A DNA stretch of 16,588 nt, taken from the NCBI GenBank assembly GCA_963770835.1, contig CAVYRH010000017.1, forward strand, positions 1 to 16,588, read 5' to 3'. Below are positions 1 to 8,720 of the stretch, in pieces. The notes beneath the pieces are model-generated. The model searched no databases. It was not told the origin of the DNA and saw only the letters and a list, made by a program, of their open reading frames with translations. How positions within the stretch are numbered: the stretch's first letter is position 1; every line of letters starts with the position of its first letter. Position numbers and translations under genes: made by a program. The stretch comes from an uncultured Pseudomonadota bacterium. GTDB taxonomy: Bacteria > Oederibacteriota > Muellerivitia > Muellerivitales > Muellerivitaceae.

Positions 1-25
1 TCCACGACGGGTCCCGTCGTGGACA
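1..25. repeat. 28-bp palindromic inter-module site, copy 1 (cut by window edge, one C short in the core)
   Basis: TCCACGACGGG-T-CCCGTCGTGGACA; matches the six other copies. Confidence 0.9.
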
Positions 26-78
26 ACCCGTAACACCTCATCCGAAGCGGCGCGATCTAAATAATTTACTGAATAAGC

Positions 79-1476
79 TTATTCAAAAAGTTCCTGTCCG
101 ACATACTTCCCGGGCTTGGCCCCAGGCGGGCAGGCAAAGATGCCGCTACCCACATGAGTGAGAAACTGGTTCATCATGTCGAACCGGGACATTTTAGTGA
201 ACATCTGAACAAAAGCGGTCCGAGGGTCTTTTTGATAACACTGAAATAACAAACCTGCGTCCATCTCCATGCCCTGGCGCCAAGGCGGCCAGCGTTCGGC
301 AGTAAAAGCCAGGTTATTGTCATAAGAGTAAGCGCGCCGAAGCATCTGAGCGCCGTTATTTTCCTCAGGCGCTCCCAGACGGGCATGGGAATTTTCGGGT
401 ATCACCGAATTACCGTCCTTATCATTGGCCGCCAAATCTAATTTATCGTTCTCAACATTTCCAGTAAGCGGGGCGCCCGAATATTTTTTCCGCCCTACAG
501 TTTGTTCTTGGAAAGCCTTCTTCATACGATCCCAATGCTCCAGGGCGATGCGAATAGGCCGCACTACCATATAAGAACCACCTCTCATCCACTGGGGACC
601 CTCTTTGCCGACCCAGACAAATTGATCCATCGCTTTTGGGTCATCCGTTTTGGGGTTCATGGTACCGTCTTTAAAACCCATCAGGTTACGGGGCGTTTGG
701 CCCTTGGGGGTTTTTGGCACAAAACCATTTTGTTCCCAGCGCAAAGCGGCCAAGCCATCAGCTAGGCGGGTAAATTGCCGCACCGCATGCAAGGCCACTT
801 CAGCGTCATCGGAGCAGGCCTGGATGGAAATATCCCCGCCCGTATGGCTTTCTACTAATTGATCACCGGGAAATTTAGGCAGATCGATCAGCGCCTCGGG
901 ACGGCGGTTAGCCAAACCATAACGGTCTTTGCCGTCTTTACTAAAAAGACCGGGACCAAAACCAAAAGTGACGGTTAGACGGTCAGGAGAAATATCCAGC
1001 ACATCGCCCGAATCCCCTGGGGCCTGGCGCGGGTCCGCGCCCAAATCCTGCCCCGGCTTGCCGCTGGTCATGAGAGCGGCGGCCTTAGTCCAGCTTTTAA
1101 GCAAGGCAATGAGCTGTTTGCGGTCTTTTGCCGTGACATCAAACACCGCGAAGCAGGTGTAGGTTTGCATGGAAGTAAGAATGCCTCCCTGATGAGGGCC
1201 GTAAAAGGGTTCTAATTCGGAAGCGGGTATGGTCACGGTTTCAGGCAGGGCGTCGGTTTCCGAAACGGAGGCCGAACCTGGCAAATCTTCCGTGGTAGTG
1301 GAATCGGTGCCGGAAGAGTAGGAAGACGAATCCGTCTTGGGCGCAGCAGCCTTCGCCGGTGAATCGGCGTAAGAATCCGCCATCAAGACCGAGGTCAAGG
1401 CGAAGAAACCGACACAGATTAAGATCGCGCCCTGTTGAGTCAAATTTTTAGCGCTATCAACAATGATTTTTTTCAT
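79..1476 (-). CDS. Dyp-type heme peroxidase, EfeB/deferrochelatase-like, exported
   Basis: 465 aa. PFYGPHQGGI, RNLMGFKDGT (GxxDG), SHARL (proximal His) and MLRRAYSY (distal Arg) motifs; hydrophobic N-terminus followed by Ser/Thr-rich linker. Confidence 0.92.
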   Translation of the reverse strand: MKKIIVDSAKNLTQQGAILICVGFFALTSVLMADSYADSPAKAAAPKTDSSSYSSGTDSTTTEDLPGSASVSETDALPETVTIPASELEPFYGPHQGGILTSMQTYTCFAVFDVTAKDRKQLIALLKSWTKAAALMTSGKPGQDLGADPRQAPGDSGDVLDISPDRLTVTFGFGPGLFSKDGKDRYGLANRRPEALIDLPKFPGDQLVESHTGGDISIQACSDDAEVALHAVRQFTRLADGLAALRWEQNGFVPKTPKGQTPRNLMGFKDGTMNPKTDDPKAMDQFVWVGKEGPQWMRGGSYMVVRPIRIALEHWDRMKKAFQEQTVGRKKYSGAPLTGNVENDKLDLAANDKDGNSVIPENSHARLGAPEENNGAQMLRRAYSYDNNLAFTAERWPPWRQGMEMDAGLLFQCYQKDPRTAFVQMFTKMSRFDMMNQFLTHVGSGIFACPPGAKPGKYVGQELFE

Positions 1477-1477
1477 A

Positions 1478-2704
1478 CTAGGGTATGGACTCCATCAAAG
1501 TATTCGTATCGTCTTGCACGTAATAAAAAGCTTTTCCATCCGGCGTTAAAGCCAGACCAAACAGATCACCGTTACCTGGCGGCGACTGAGCCTGATCAGG
1601 ATCAATCCACTGGGCGTAAATCTGCTGGCCCGTCGCCGGGTCCACTTCCACCGCTTTACCGTCTTTACCATTACAAACTAGCAAATGACCTTCGGGCGTG
1701 AGAATCATGGCCAGTGGCCAGGCCAATTGGCCGTTCTGCGAGACTATTCTTCCGGTCCCAGCGCTATCCGCACGGGTTCCCGGGTCATCAATGGCGGCGA
1801 TTAAATTATCCAGACCATCGGTGACGTAAAGTGTTTTTTGGTCAGCCGAAAGGGCCAAACCGGTGGGGCCAAATAAAAAATTGTCCCTGTCCGCCCGCTG
1901 GGAAAAGCCGCTGCCGATAACCGCCTGGTCTACCAGCACAGGCGGCTTGCCATCGGGGATGGAAAGTTTTAAACGCAAGACAGTTGAACTATGCAAAACA
2001 GGTGGATAGCCCGTCTTAGGGTCCGTCACATCCGGCCCTGGCACGTCAAACCCTGCCATGCTGATGAAGAGTGTTGCCGTATCACCATTATCAATGACCG
2101 CCATGTCTCCCCAAGGCCCATTGATAGTCTTGTCGGTCCAAACCGAAACTAGATGACCGTTCGGGTCCAGCACCAGCAAACAACCCGGCCCCTTGGTCTT
2201 GGTGGTTCCATCGGTGCTGGGCATGCTGCCCACAATGACCCAACCGCTTTTGAGCATAGCTAAAGCCGTGGTCAACCCCACGCCCACCGGGCTTTGCGGC
2301 AGCTTGTTGGGCAATTGGGCGAAGAGGGTCATCTTTTTTGTGGAAGGGCGGTAGTCCATCAAGGTGGTCCCCGTCCCTTGCAGGTTCGAAATAGCGTTAA
2401 AGTTGGAGATAAGAACATCACCCTTTTCAATGGTCCCCGCCGAAACCGGCGCGATGAAGACCGCGTAGGGATTGACGTCCCCATTGTCCGGAATGGTCGA
2501 GCCCAAAGTAATATGCCGATGAATGGTCTCTAAAAAACCTTTTCGACCATTGGCCTGGGCTGTCGGGGTTGGGCCTACCGGCGCCGATGCGGCCTTATCC
2601 CCATTCGACTGATAATCCCCCGAGTCTCTGGAAGCCGCCATGCCTGGCACTGTCAAAACTGCCGCTATCAACAAACATAAAGCGTTGTATCGGTTCATTT
2701 TCAT
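1478..2704 (-). CDS. Secreted hypothetical protein, probable NHL-like beta-propeller
   Basis: 408 aa. Sec-type signal peptide; repeated blade-like motifs (NGPWGDMAV, GPTGLALSADQKTLYVTD, WPLAMILTPEGHLLV, LFGLALTPDG); 1 bp from the DyP start. Confidence 0.75.
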   Translation of the reverse strand: MKMNRYNALCLLIAAVLTVPGMAASRDSGDYQSNGDKAASAPVGPTPTAQANGRKGFLETIHRHITLGSTIPDNGDVNPYAVFIAPVSAGTIEKGDVLISNFNAISNLQGTGTTLMDYRPSTKKMTLFAQLPNKLPQSPVGVGLTTALAMLKSGWVIVGSMPSTDGTTKTKGPGCLLVLDPNGHLVSVWTDKTINGPWGDMAVIDNGDTATLFISMAGFDVPGPDVTDPKTGYPPVLHSSTVLRLKLSIPDGKPPVLVDQAVIGSGFSQRADRDNFLFGPTGLALSADQKTLYVTDGLDNLIAAIDDPGTRADSAGTGRIVSQNGQLAWPLAMILTPEGHLLVCNGKDGKAVEVDPATGQQIYAQWIDPDQAQSPPGNGDLFGLALTPDGKAFYYVQDDTNTLMESIP

Positions 2705-2727
2705 TTTTTATCCCTTTCTCTTCTAGA

Positions 2728-4206
2728 TCAAAACTGCAAAATGGCTCTGGATCCAATGACAAATTCGTTGCCGATCAAAGTGCCCGGTGCGTTGGGGTTT
2801 TCGATGCCGCCGCTTGGATTGAAGACGTACTGTATGTCCGGCTGAAGCTGGAACCAAGGAAAAACAAAGTATTGGTAAGTGGCCTCAACAAAAGTTTCTC
2901 CGCCCTGTTGAGGGCTGAAGGTACCCGGATTGAAATTACCCGTATCCGCCTCATATCCAGCCACCGCAGAACTGACATGGGCATAGCCCATGCCCAAACC
3001 GAAAACATCGTCCGTACGGTAAGCAAAAGGATCTTTCAGAACGAAGCCGAAATTAGCGCTGAAGTCGATCAAGTTCCGGTCCGGCGGGGCCCATAGAACC
3101 CGAGCGAACAAGCTAAGAGTACGATTCGGGTCTTTATCGCTCCGCCAGATCATTTGGTCTACTACGCCATAGATGGAGTAATTGCCCGTGTGATTCTGCG
3201 GGTTGCCATCGCTGTTGGGGTCCGCCAAGGACAAGCCATCGTCGCTATAGCGTTCATCCGCGAAATATTCACTGTTATACCAAGCGCCTAAACGGTAGGT
3301 GCCCGACAAGGCCGGCTTGGAGTCGTAAACCATGTCGCCCAAGGACGGAAAGGAATATTGGATCTCGGCGATGGCCATCACCCCGCCATTGAGTGGAAAG
3401 CTGAGGCCGTAGGGATCATCCATCTGCGAGTCCGCGCCCGGAGTCGGGTTGGGAGCTCCGTTGAAAACCCCGGCGAGAATATTAATACCGTCCACAGGCT
3501 TCCATTGCAAACGTACACCTAAGTCAGAAAGGGGATAAGCGGGTCCACCGCCCGGCATATCCGCTGAAGGCACCATGGGCCAGCCGAACATGGTATTAAC
3601 GAAGTAAGCAGCGTTACTGCTGTCCATAAATTCTTGGTCCAAGCTCTGTTGCCCAACTTTAACATCAAGACGACTGACCCCACTGCCGTCATAAAATTTT
3701 TGGTCATACCAAATTTCCCAGAAGCGGAACCCGTCTTCTGCCTCGATACCGCTGGCCGTCTGAAGAGTATCCAGATTCTGTTGACTTAGATTGATACCAT
3801 GAACGTTCAAACCGCTAATGTTCAAAAGGCCACCGTGCAGACCAAAGGCTCGAGATGTATCCAATTGAAGGACCGCCTGAGTCAGCCCATCGTAAGTCGC
3901 GCCCTGCTGAATACCACCCGTCAGGTTACCCAAAACCTCGCTGGTCTCTTGCAGGCTCAGCGACATACCAATACTGCTGAGCGCCTTTCGAAATCCCCAA
4001 AGATCACCGAAGAAATATTGGTTACGACTCATCCCATCCAGAAAACCAAAAAATCCAGTGTCCGGGTTCGAAAGAGTAGAATAATCCACCGGCACCGACA
4101 TCGGTGGTGGCGCGGCAAAAACCACGCCAGTCCCCATATAGAAAGCCACAAAAAGAACGACCCGTCTCAATGACAAAACCTGATGAAGTTTTAAATGGAT
4201 CTGCAA
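2728..4206 (-). CDS. OprB-family (carbohydrate-selective-type) outer membrane porin
   Basis: 492 aa. GDLWGFRKAL, EVLGNLTGG, KVGQQSLDQEF, GGGPAYP, EATY..QLQPDIQYVFNP motifs; C-terminal Phe; TTG start preceded by GGGGAG. Confidence 0.9.
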   Translation of the reverse strand: MQIHLKLHQVLSLRRVVLFVAFYMGTGVVFAAPPPMSVPVDYSTLSNPDTGFFGFLDGMSRNQYFFGDLWGFRKALSSIGMSLSLQETSEVLGNLTGGIQQGATYDGLTQAVLQLDTSRAFGLHGGLLNISGLNVHGINLSQQNLDTLQTASGIEAEDGFRFWEIWYDQKFYDGSGVSRLDVKVGQQSLDQEFMDSSNAAYFVNTMFGWPMVPSADMPGGGPAYPLSDLGVRLQWKPVDGINILAGVFNGAPNPTPGADSQMDDPYGLSFPLNGGVMAIAEIQYSFPSLGDMVYDSKPALSGTYRLGAWYNSEYFADERYSDDGLSLADPNSDGNPQNHTGNYSIYGVVDQMIWRSDKDPNRTLSLFARVLWAPPDRNLIDFSANFGFVLKDPFAYRTDDVFGLGMGYAHVSSAVAGYEADTGNFNPGTFSPQQGGETFVEATYQYFVFPWFQLQPDIQYVFNPSGGIENPNAPGTLIGNEFVIGSRAILQF

Positions 4207-4292
4207 CTTGATCTCCCCAATTGAGTATTTTTAGCTCGGTGTGTTTTACGCCCATCCCTGGCTTTCAAAAGGGCGACCCACATTCCACCCGC

Positions 4293-4556
4293 TTATTGCG
4301 GAAAGGAAAATTCTTCCCACTTGCCGCTATCGGTCAAACGATTCAATTGATCGACTAACCCCGGCAACGGGACAGCCGTCTCAGCGGCTAAACTCGAAAA
4401 AAGCTTGGTCATCGCCTTGATCTCCTCGGCGGATAAAAGAATGGTCTTGTTATTCAACTTCAGTGCCCCACGGCCGCACGAACACTGGCTCAAATGGCAT
4501 TGGCCCGCGCTGAATTGGCGTTCAATAGAATGTCCCACAATTACCCCCTCATTCAT
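4293..4556 (-). CDS. Small hypothetical protein with C-H-x3-C-x-C cluster
   Basis: 87 aa, co-oriented between hemP and the porin, ATG preceded by AGGGA; no family recognised. Confidence 0.55.
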   Translation of the reverse strand: MNEGVIVGHSIERQFSAGQCHLSQCSCGRGALKLNNKTILLSAEEIKAMTKLFSSLAAETAVPLPGLVDQLNRLTDSGKWEEFSFPQ

Positions 4557-4577
4557 TTCCCTGGCGATAGCTGGGTC

Positions 4578-4739
4578 TTACTTGGTCAAGTTCAACTTGT
4601 CATTCTTGGTGATACGCAATCGATACTCTTCATCACCGTGAACGATCAAAATTTCGTTCCGCCCCTCAAAAAGTAGCTCGGTGGTCAACCGAAGGGCTTT
4701 AGAAACGCCCTGTGCCTCAGTTTTGTTTTTCTGGTCCAA
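4578..4739 (-). CDS. hemP: Hemin uptake protein HemP/HmuP family (53 aa, absent from ORF track)
   Basis: Manual translation MDQKNKTEAQGVSKALRLTTELLFEGRNEILIVHGDEEYRLRITKNDKLNLTK matches the HemP pattern LF-G--E--I-H----Y-LR-T---KL-LTK; TTG start with GGAG RBS; Fur box directly upstream. Confidence 0.88.
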   Translation of the reverse strand: MDQKNKTEAQGVSKALRLTTELLFEGRNEILIVHGDEEYRLRITKNDKLNLTK

Positions 4740-4755
4740 AGGCCGCTCCACCTAA

Positions 4756-4772
4756 TTGATAATGATTATCAA
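4756..4772. promoter_or_regulatory. Fur box
   Basis: TTGATAAT-G-ATTATCAA contains the perfect 7-1-7 Fur consensus TGATAATnATTATCA, upstream of an iron/heme operon. Confidence 0.88.
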
Positions 4773-4792
4773 CATCACCACAATGATGTCAA
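4765..4792 (-). promoter_or_regulatory. Sigma70-type promoter of the hemP operon, -10 overlapped by the Fur box
   Basis: Minus strand TTGACA (4792-4787), 16 bp spacer, GATAAT (4770-4765). Confidence 0.65.
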
Positions 4793-5059
4793 CACAAAAT
4801 CCAAAAAAAGTTCCAAACTGACTCAACTTAGTATTTAAGAGATTAAAAAGAAGATCCGTACACACTGAGTGGGCGGTTGTTTCTGCGGCAAAAATACTCG
4901 GTCCGAAGATCAAGAAATCTGGATAGGCCTCTAGATCATACGTTTTCAACTAAACCCTCTGATCCAGCTTTGCTTCTACATTAGGCTGACGGCTATATAA
5001 ACCGGCAAGATTAAATAATTTGGTTCCATTAGAAATCCTTGTCCACCGCTTCGTTCTTT

Positions 5060-5087
5060 TGTCCACTCTGGGTCCCCATCGTGGACA
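5060..5087. repeat. 28-bp palindromic inter-module site, copy 2
   Basis: TGTCCACTCTGGG-TC-CCCATCGTGGACA. Confidence 0.92.
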
Positions 5088-5124
5088 ACTTAATCATCCC
5101 AAGTCTCGCCCTTTTTGTTGAATT

Positions 5125-5820
5125 CTAGTAAGTCGTTGTGGCGATATAATCCAGAACGAACTCCGAGTAAGAAGAGGCCCCTGGAAAACATCCATATTGG
5201 GTTGTATCGGCTCCCATATTGAGGGTATAGGATCCAGGGCTATAACCGGGCAAAGAACTATTCAAGAGGGTGTAGGGTGAAGTGAGGTTGGGCCCAAAGG
5301 TTTTGGAATAACTTCCGTTGATGGCAGTGAGATCGTTTTCATTTCCTCCTCCCACCCAAGTAATAGTCAAACTACCCGAACCCGGGGTGAATGTAATATT
5401 ACCTGGCGCTATTTCCGAAGCGGAATAAGTCTTTCCTCCAAAAATGGCCGTGACGGTATAGGGTTGGTTGGCCGTGTAGGTCCAGCCGCCATTGGTTGTT
5501 TGATAAGCGGCACAGGTTATGACCGTCGACCCGCCGGAATAGCTCAAGGTTTCGGTAGAGGTGGAACTTCCATTGGTGACATATGTCAAAGGTGCTGAAC
5601 CTCCGGAATAAGATAACGTAACGGCCGCATTGGTGACGGGTTGAGCGTTACTGTCGACAATACCAGCCGACATTTCCGTTAAACCGGTTGACACCAGGGT
5701 CGTGACGAAGATACCCGCGCCGTTCATTTGGAAGGTGGTCGGGCTGGTTGTGGGTTTGGAGGAACAGGAAACGAACATGACCATGGAGGTTATCAAAAAG
5801 GCAAAAATACAATTTTTCAT
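5125..5820 (-). CDS. Hypothetical lipoprotein, Ser/Thr/Gly-rich, beta-rich
   Basis: 231 aa. Signal peptide II with lipobox-like FVS-C; GAGGGG RBS; sole gene between sites 2 and 3. Confidence 0.8.
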   Translation of the reverse strand: MKNCIFAFLITSMVMFVSCSSKPTTSPTTFQMNGAGIFVTTLVSTGLTEMSAGIVDSNAQPVTNAAVTLSYSGGSAPLTYVTNGSSTSTETLSYSGGSTVITCAAYQTTNGGWTYTANQPYTVTAIFGGKTYSASEIAPGNITFTPGSGSLTITWVGGGNENDLTAINGSYSKTFGPNLTSPYTLLNSSLPGYSPGSYTLNMGADTTQYGCFPGASSYSEFVLDYIATTTY

Positions 5821-5885
5821 AATTACTTCCCCTCCATCAAATAACTTCTTTTAGGATACCACTTCCTTTAGAGAACCCAAGACCC

Positions 5886-5913
5886 TGTCCACTCTGGGTC
5901 CCCGTCGTGGACA
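5886..5913. repeat. 28-bp palindromic inter-module site, copy 3
   Basis: TGTCCACTCTGGG-TC-CCCGTCGTGGACA. Confidence 0.92.
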
Positions 5914-5953
5914 ACCCTTTTCCTCGAAATTTACCCGATTTTACACCTTTTGA

Positions 5954-7656
5954 CCGGAATTTCCCAGATGACCTTCTCTGAAAACATTGCCGGGTAATTT
6001 GTTTCTCATTATATCGCCCCCCCCCGCTTCTTCCATCCGAATCCGGAATTTTCCGTCCTGGGCCACTGAAATAAGCCCCAGGAAAAGGTTTCTGTGCCCA
6101 AAAAAGCTGAAATTGACCTTCTGGAAAGCCAATTCTCGTTGTGAGCGCACACCTATCCTGCGGTAGTCGCTCGGGTTGAAGCCTTGATGCCTTCCTGCGG
6201 TTATCGCAGTACTGGCGCTCGCGGCCTTACCATTGCCAGTAGCCGTATCCGATTGAGGATTTCAGCAAACAGGCGTCGGGAAACCATCACCTCCGCCATC
6301 TGGAAAATAACGTACCGCGAATGACGGATGACATTAGCCCCGATCTTGATGAGTTTTTCCCTCAAGGTCGTTAGCGACCAATGTTTCACCAGTTCTGGCA
6401 GTGCCAGTCGGCGCAGGAAGTTGCCCAGATTGTAGGCCAGGGCGAATAGTTGTAAGCGCACTTGGTTGTCCGCGAAGTCGTGGCAGCTTAGTCTTGTCCA
6501 CTTCATCGCATACTTTCCCTCTTTGATCCACTGCTCAGCCGTGCCTCTTCCGTTGTAGAATTTCACCACCTGGGGTGCCGGTCGTCGCATGTTCGTTACG
6601 ATGAAACCCACCTTTGGGAACAATTCCCCGTTGTGATGTTCGATCTTCGCCACCACGCGGCGGGGTTTGTCCCAGCTGACGGCTTGGTATTGGAAGCTGT
6701 GAAACCGGACAACCGGCTTGTGGGAGGGGCGGCCCACGGGACGGGTTAAAAATGGCTCGATTTCCCGTTGGAGTATGGCATTGGCAGGTTGGCGGATCGC
6801 GTAAAGATATCCTTCGTCTTCTAGGTATTCGTATAGTTCCTGACGGGCGAAAGCCGCGTCACCCCGGAAAAACCGGCTGATGGAAAGACCCCGGTAGCGG
6901 GCAACTACCGGTTCAAGAACCGAACGCCATTCGTGGGCACTGGCCACATTGCCGTTGCGCAACATAGCCCGTTCCAAATCGCCGAACTGGTTGAAGCAAA
7001 ACAGGGGATGGTAACAGGTACAGCCAAAGTAACCGTTGTACAAGGAACCTTCCTGATCCCCGTAGGTCTCGCTCACTGAGCTATCCATGTCGAGGATGAT
7101 CTGTTGTATGGGCTTTTTCTCATGGACTCCATCGATCCATTGGCCCGATAAGTCAATTAAGCCGGTCAAATTCTTCGACTGGGTGAGGACCTCCGTCTCG
7201 AAACGACCCATCTGGCTGGTGGAGGCGGCCTGTTTTTCCCTGGCCCGTCCTCCGATCACATGCCGCATCGCAGGATCGACACTCAGGCGTTCTGCGTCGT
7301 TGGTATCCTCATAACCGGCCAAGCGGCTGAATACCGACTGGCGAAGAAGCGCCGTCATCGTGTGTTGCGTATTCTTACCGGTCCGCCGATCCCAAAGGAT
7401 GTTTTCTGTTCTGTCAGTCAAACCAAAAGCTTCGTCGAGTTCGCGATAGGGAATCAACCCGCCATCGGAAGTGACCTTCGCACCATGGAACTCCAACTTG
7501 AGGCCAGGATCAAAAACCACCCGAAGAGCGTCTTTTCCGCCTTCACCCATTGCATTTCCCCCTCTCATGTTCCCCAACACGAAGAAAAACCTTTGTTTAT
7601 ATGGCCAAACGTTGTCTTATTATACTCGAAAGGAAATTCCATCTGGGAAATCCGGG
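5954..7656 (-). mobile_element. IS1380-family insertion sequence, 1703 bp, intact
   Basis: Terminal IRs CCGGAATTTCCCAGATG (5954-5970) and CATCTGGGAAATCCGGG (7640-7656), 15/17 match; 5-bp target duplication TTTGA at 5949-5953 and 7657-7661. Confidence 0.93.
6201..7550 (-). CDS. IS1380-family DDE transposase
   Basis: TSDGG, GYEDTND, ILDMDSS, YNGYFGCTCYHPL, RGDAAF and YNGRGTAEQWIKEGK motifs; start set at MGEGGK (ORF open from 7580). Confidence 0.95.
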   Translation of the reverse strand: MGEGGKDALRVVFDPGLKLEFHGAKVTSDGGLIPYRELDEAFGLTDRTENILWDRRTGKNTQHTMTALLRQSVFSRLAGYEDTNDAERLSVDPAMRHVIGGRAREKQAASTSQMGRFETEVLTQSKNLTGLIDLSGQWIDGVHEKKPIQQIILDMDSSVSETYGDQEGSLYNGYFGCTCYHPLFCFNQFGDLERAMLRNGNVASAHEWRSVLEPVVARYRGLSISRFFRGDAAFARQELYEYLEDEGYLYAIRQPANAILQREIEPFLTRPVGRPSHKPVVRFHSFQYQAVSWDKPRRVVAKIEHHNGELFPKVGFIVTNMRRPAPQVVKFYNGRGTAEQWIKEGKYAMKWTRLSCHDFADNQVRLQLFALAYNLGNFLRRLALPELVKHWSLTTLREKLIKIGANVIRHSRYVIFQMAEVMVSRRLFAEILNRIRLLAMVRPRAPVLR

Positions 7657-7814
7657 TTTGAAGCATATCGGGGTGTTGGTTCTGCCTGCGTTGAGGCCTC
7701 TAGCCGAAACGCAAGCCTTGGTAGTGCCGGTTCCATAAAGAACCGGCCTTTCTCCGGGGAGGGTCAAGGGAGGGGGTAGTTCCCTTCCCTGCAAATACAA
7801 CGAGGCCCGGCATT

Positions 7815-7865
7815 GGGAAGGTTACACGGCCAAAGGCCGGCGAACCTTCCTCAATCCCGATAGGG
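7815..7865. repeat. 51-bp exact direct repeat, copy 1 (hairpin-forming)
   Basis: GGGAAGGTTACACGGCCAAAGGCCGGCGAACCTTCCTCAATCCCGATAGGG, identical to 9739-9789. Confidence 0.9.
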
Positions 7866-7939
7866 CTGCCGGTCCGAGCAAAAAATAAAAGGCCTCAACT
7901 CCTGCGACGAGACCTCAAGTCGAGTCGTGCGGTTTGGAT

Positions 7940-7970
7940 GTGCCGAATCAACTAAAAAAAGATTCGGCAC
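7940..7970. terminator. Hairpin downstream of the radC operon, possible terminator
   Basis: GTGCCGAATC-N11-GATTCGGCAC, about 14 bp past the stop at 7984; no clear U-tract on the minus strand. Confidence 0.35.
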
Positions 7971-7983
7971 GGGGCCTCCGTTT

Positions 7984-8373
7984 TTAAACCGCCTTAACGT
8001 CCGGCAATTCGTTAATGTGTTTCTTTAAACATTTGGCGCATTGCTTCCCCTCCTTCCCGGCGATTGGATAGGAATCCTTCAAGAGAATTTCCTCGTTGCA
8101 CCCGTGGCACCAGGTCGCATAGGTATCATCCGAAAGGATTTGAGGAACCAATTTTTTAATAAGTCCCTTCCCTACCGTGGCCCGGCCAAATTCATAAGCC
8201 CAACGGGTGGCGGTGTACTTATCCTTTCCCGGCCAAGTAAGGCGGCGGTATTCGTCTCCCTGGGCGGCGTCCCCTCCGTCGTCGTCCTCCACCTTAAAAA
8301 CTTGTACGTCCGGAATATCCGAAACCACGTCGGACAAAACCCCACCTTCCATAAAAATGATAATTTTCGGCAT
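7984..8373 (-). CDS. Hypothetical protein with C-terminal CxxC..CxxC putative zinc finger
   Basis: Start reassigned to MPKIIIF (AAGGAGG RBS), 129 aa; CHGC and CAKC motifs. Confidence 0.7.
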   Translation of the reverse strand: MPKIIIFMEGGVLSDVVSDIPDVQVFKVEDDDGGDAAQGDEYRRLTWPGKDKYTATRWAYEFGRATVGKGLIKKLVPQILSDDTYATWCHGCNEEILLKDSYPIAGKEGKQCAKCLKKHINELPDVKAV

Positions 8374-8383
8374 AACGTCCTCC

Positions 8384-8680
8384 TTAAAGTTCGTATTTTT
8401 CGGCAAAGTATGAAAGCGATTCGACGGAAGCGGCGCAAACGTCCAGCGCGCGCGCGGCGGCCAAGCCGACAAGGGCGCTCCCGCCTTCCTCAAAATCCAG
8501 TTTTGAAAATATCGTTTCGGCCTGGTCGGTGAGGTAGTTGTTTAAAGCTCCCGCAACTTCCAAAAGGCCGTGATGGCTTACGAGAAACGCTAAAACGTCA
8601 TAAGGCTCGTAAGTCTCAAGGCGGTATTTTTTAAACTCCTTTACGGTTTCTTTTTCCGGCCCTAACAATTTGATTTCCAT
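8384..8680 (-). CDS. Hypothetical protein
   Basis: 98 aa, AGGAGG RBS, operonic between radC and the zinc-finger ORF. Confidence 0.7.
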   Translation of the reverse strand: MEIKLLGPEKETVKEFKKYRLETYEPYDVLAFLVSHHGLLEVAGALNNYLTDQAETIFSKLDFEEGGSALVGLAAARALDVCAASVESLSYFAEKYEL

Positions 8681-8720
8681 AAATCCTCCTAAAATTTTTC
8701 ACCCCCAAAGGGGCGATTTC

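Noticed and set aside
4752..4949. 65-aa minus-strand ORF upstream of hemP
   Set aside because: Runs through the promoter and Fur box, TTG start, no recognisable features.
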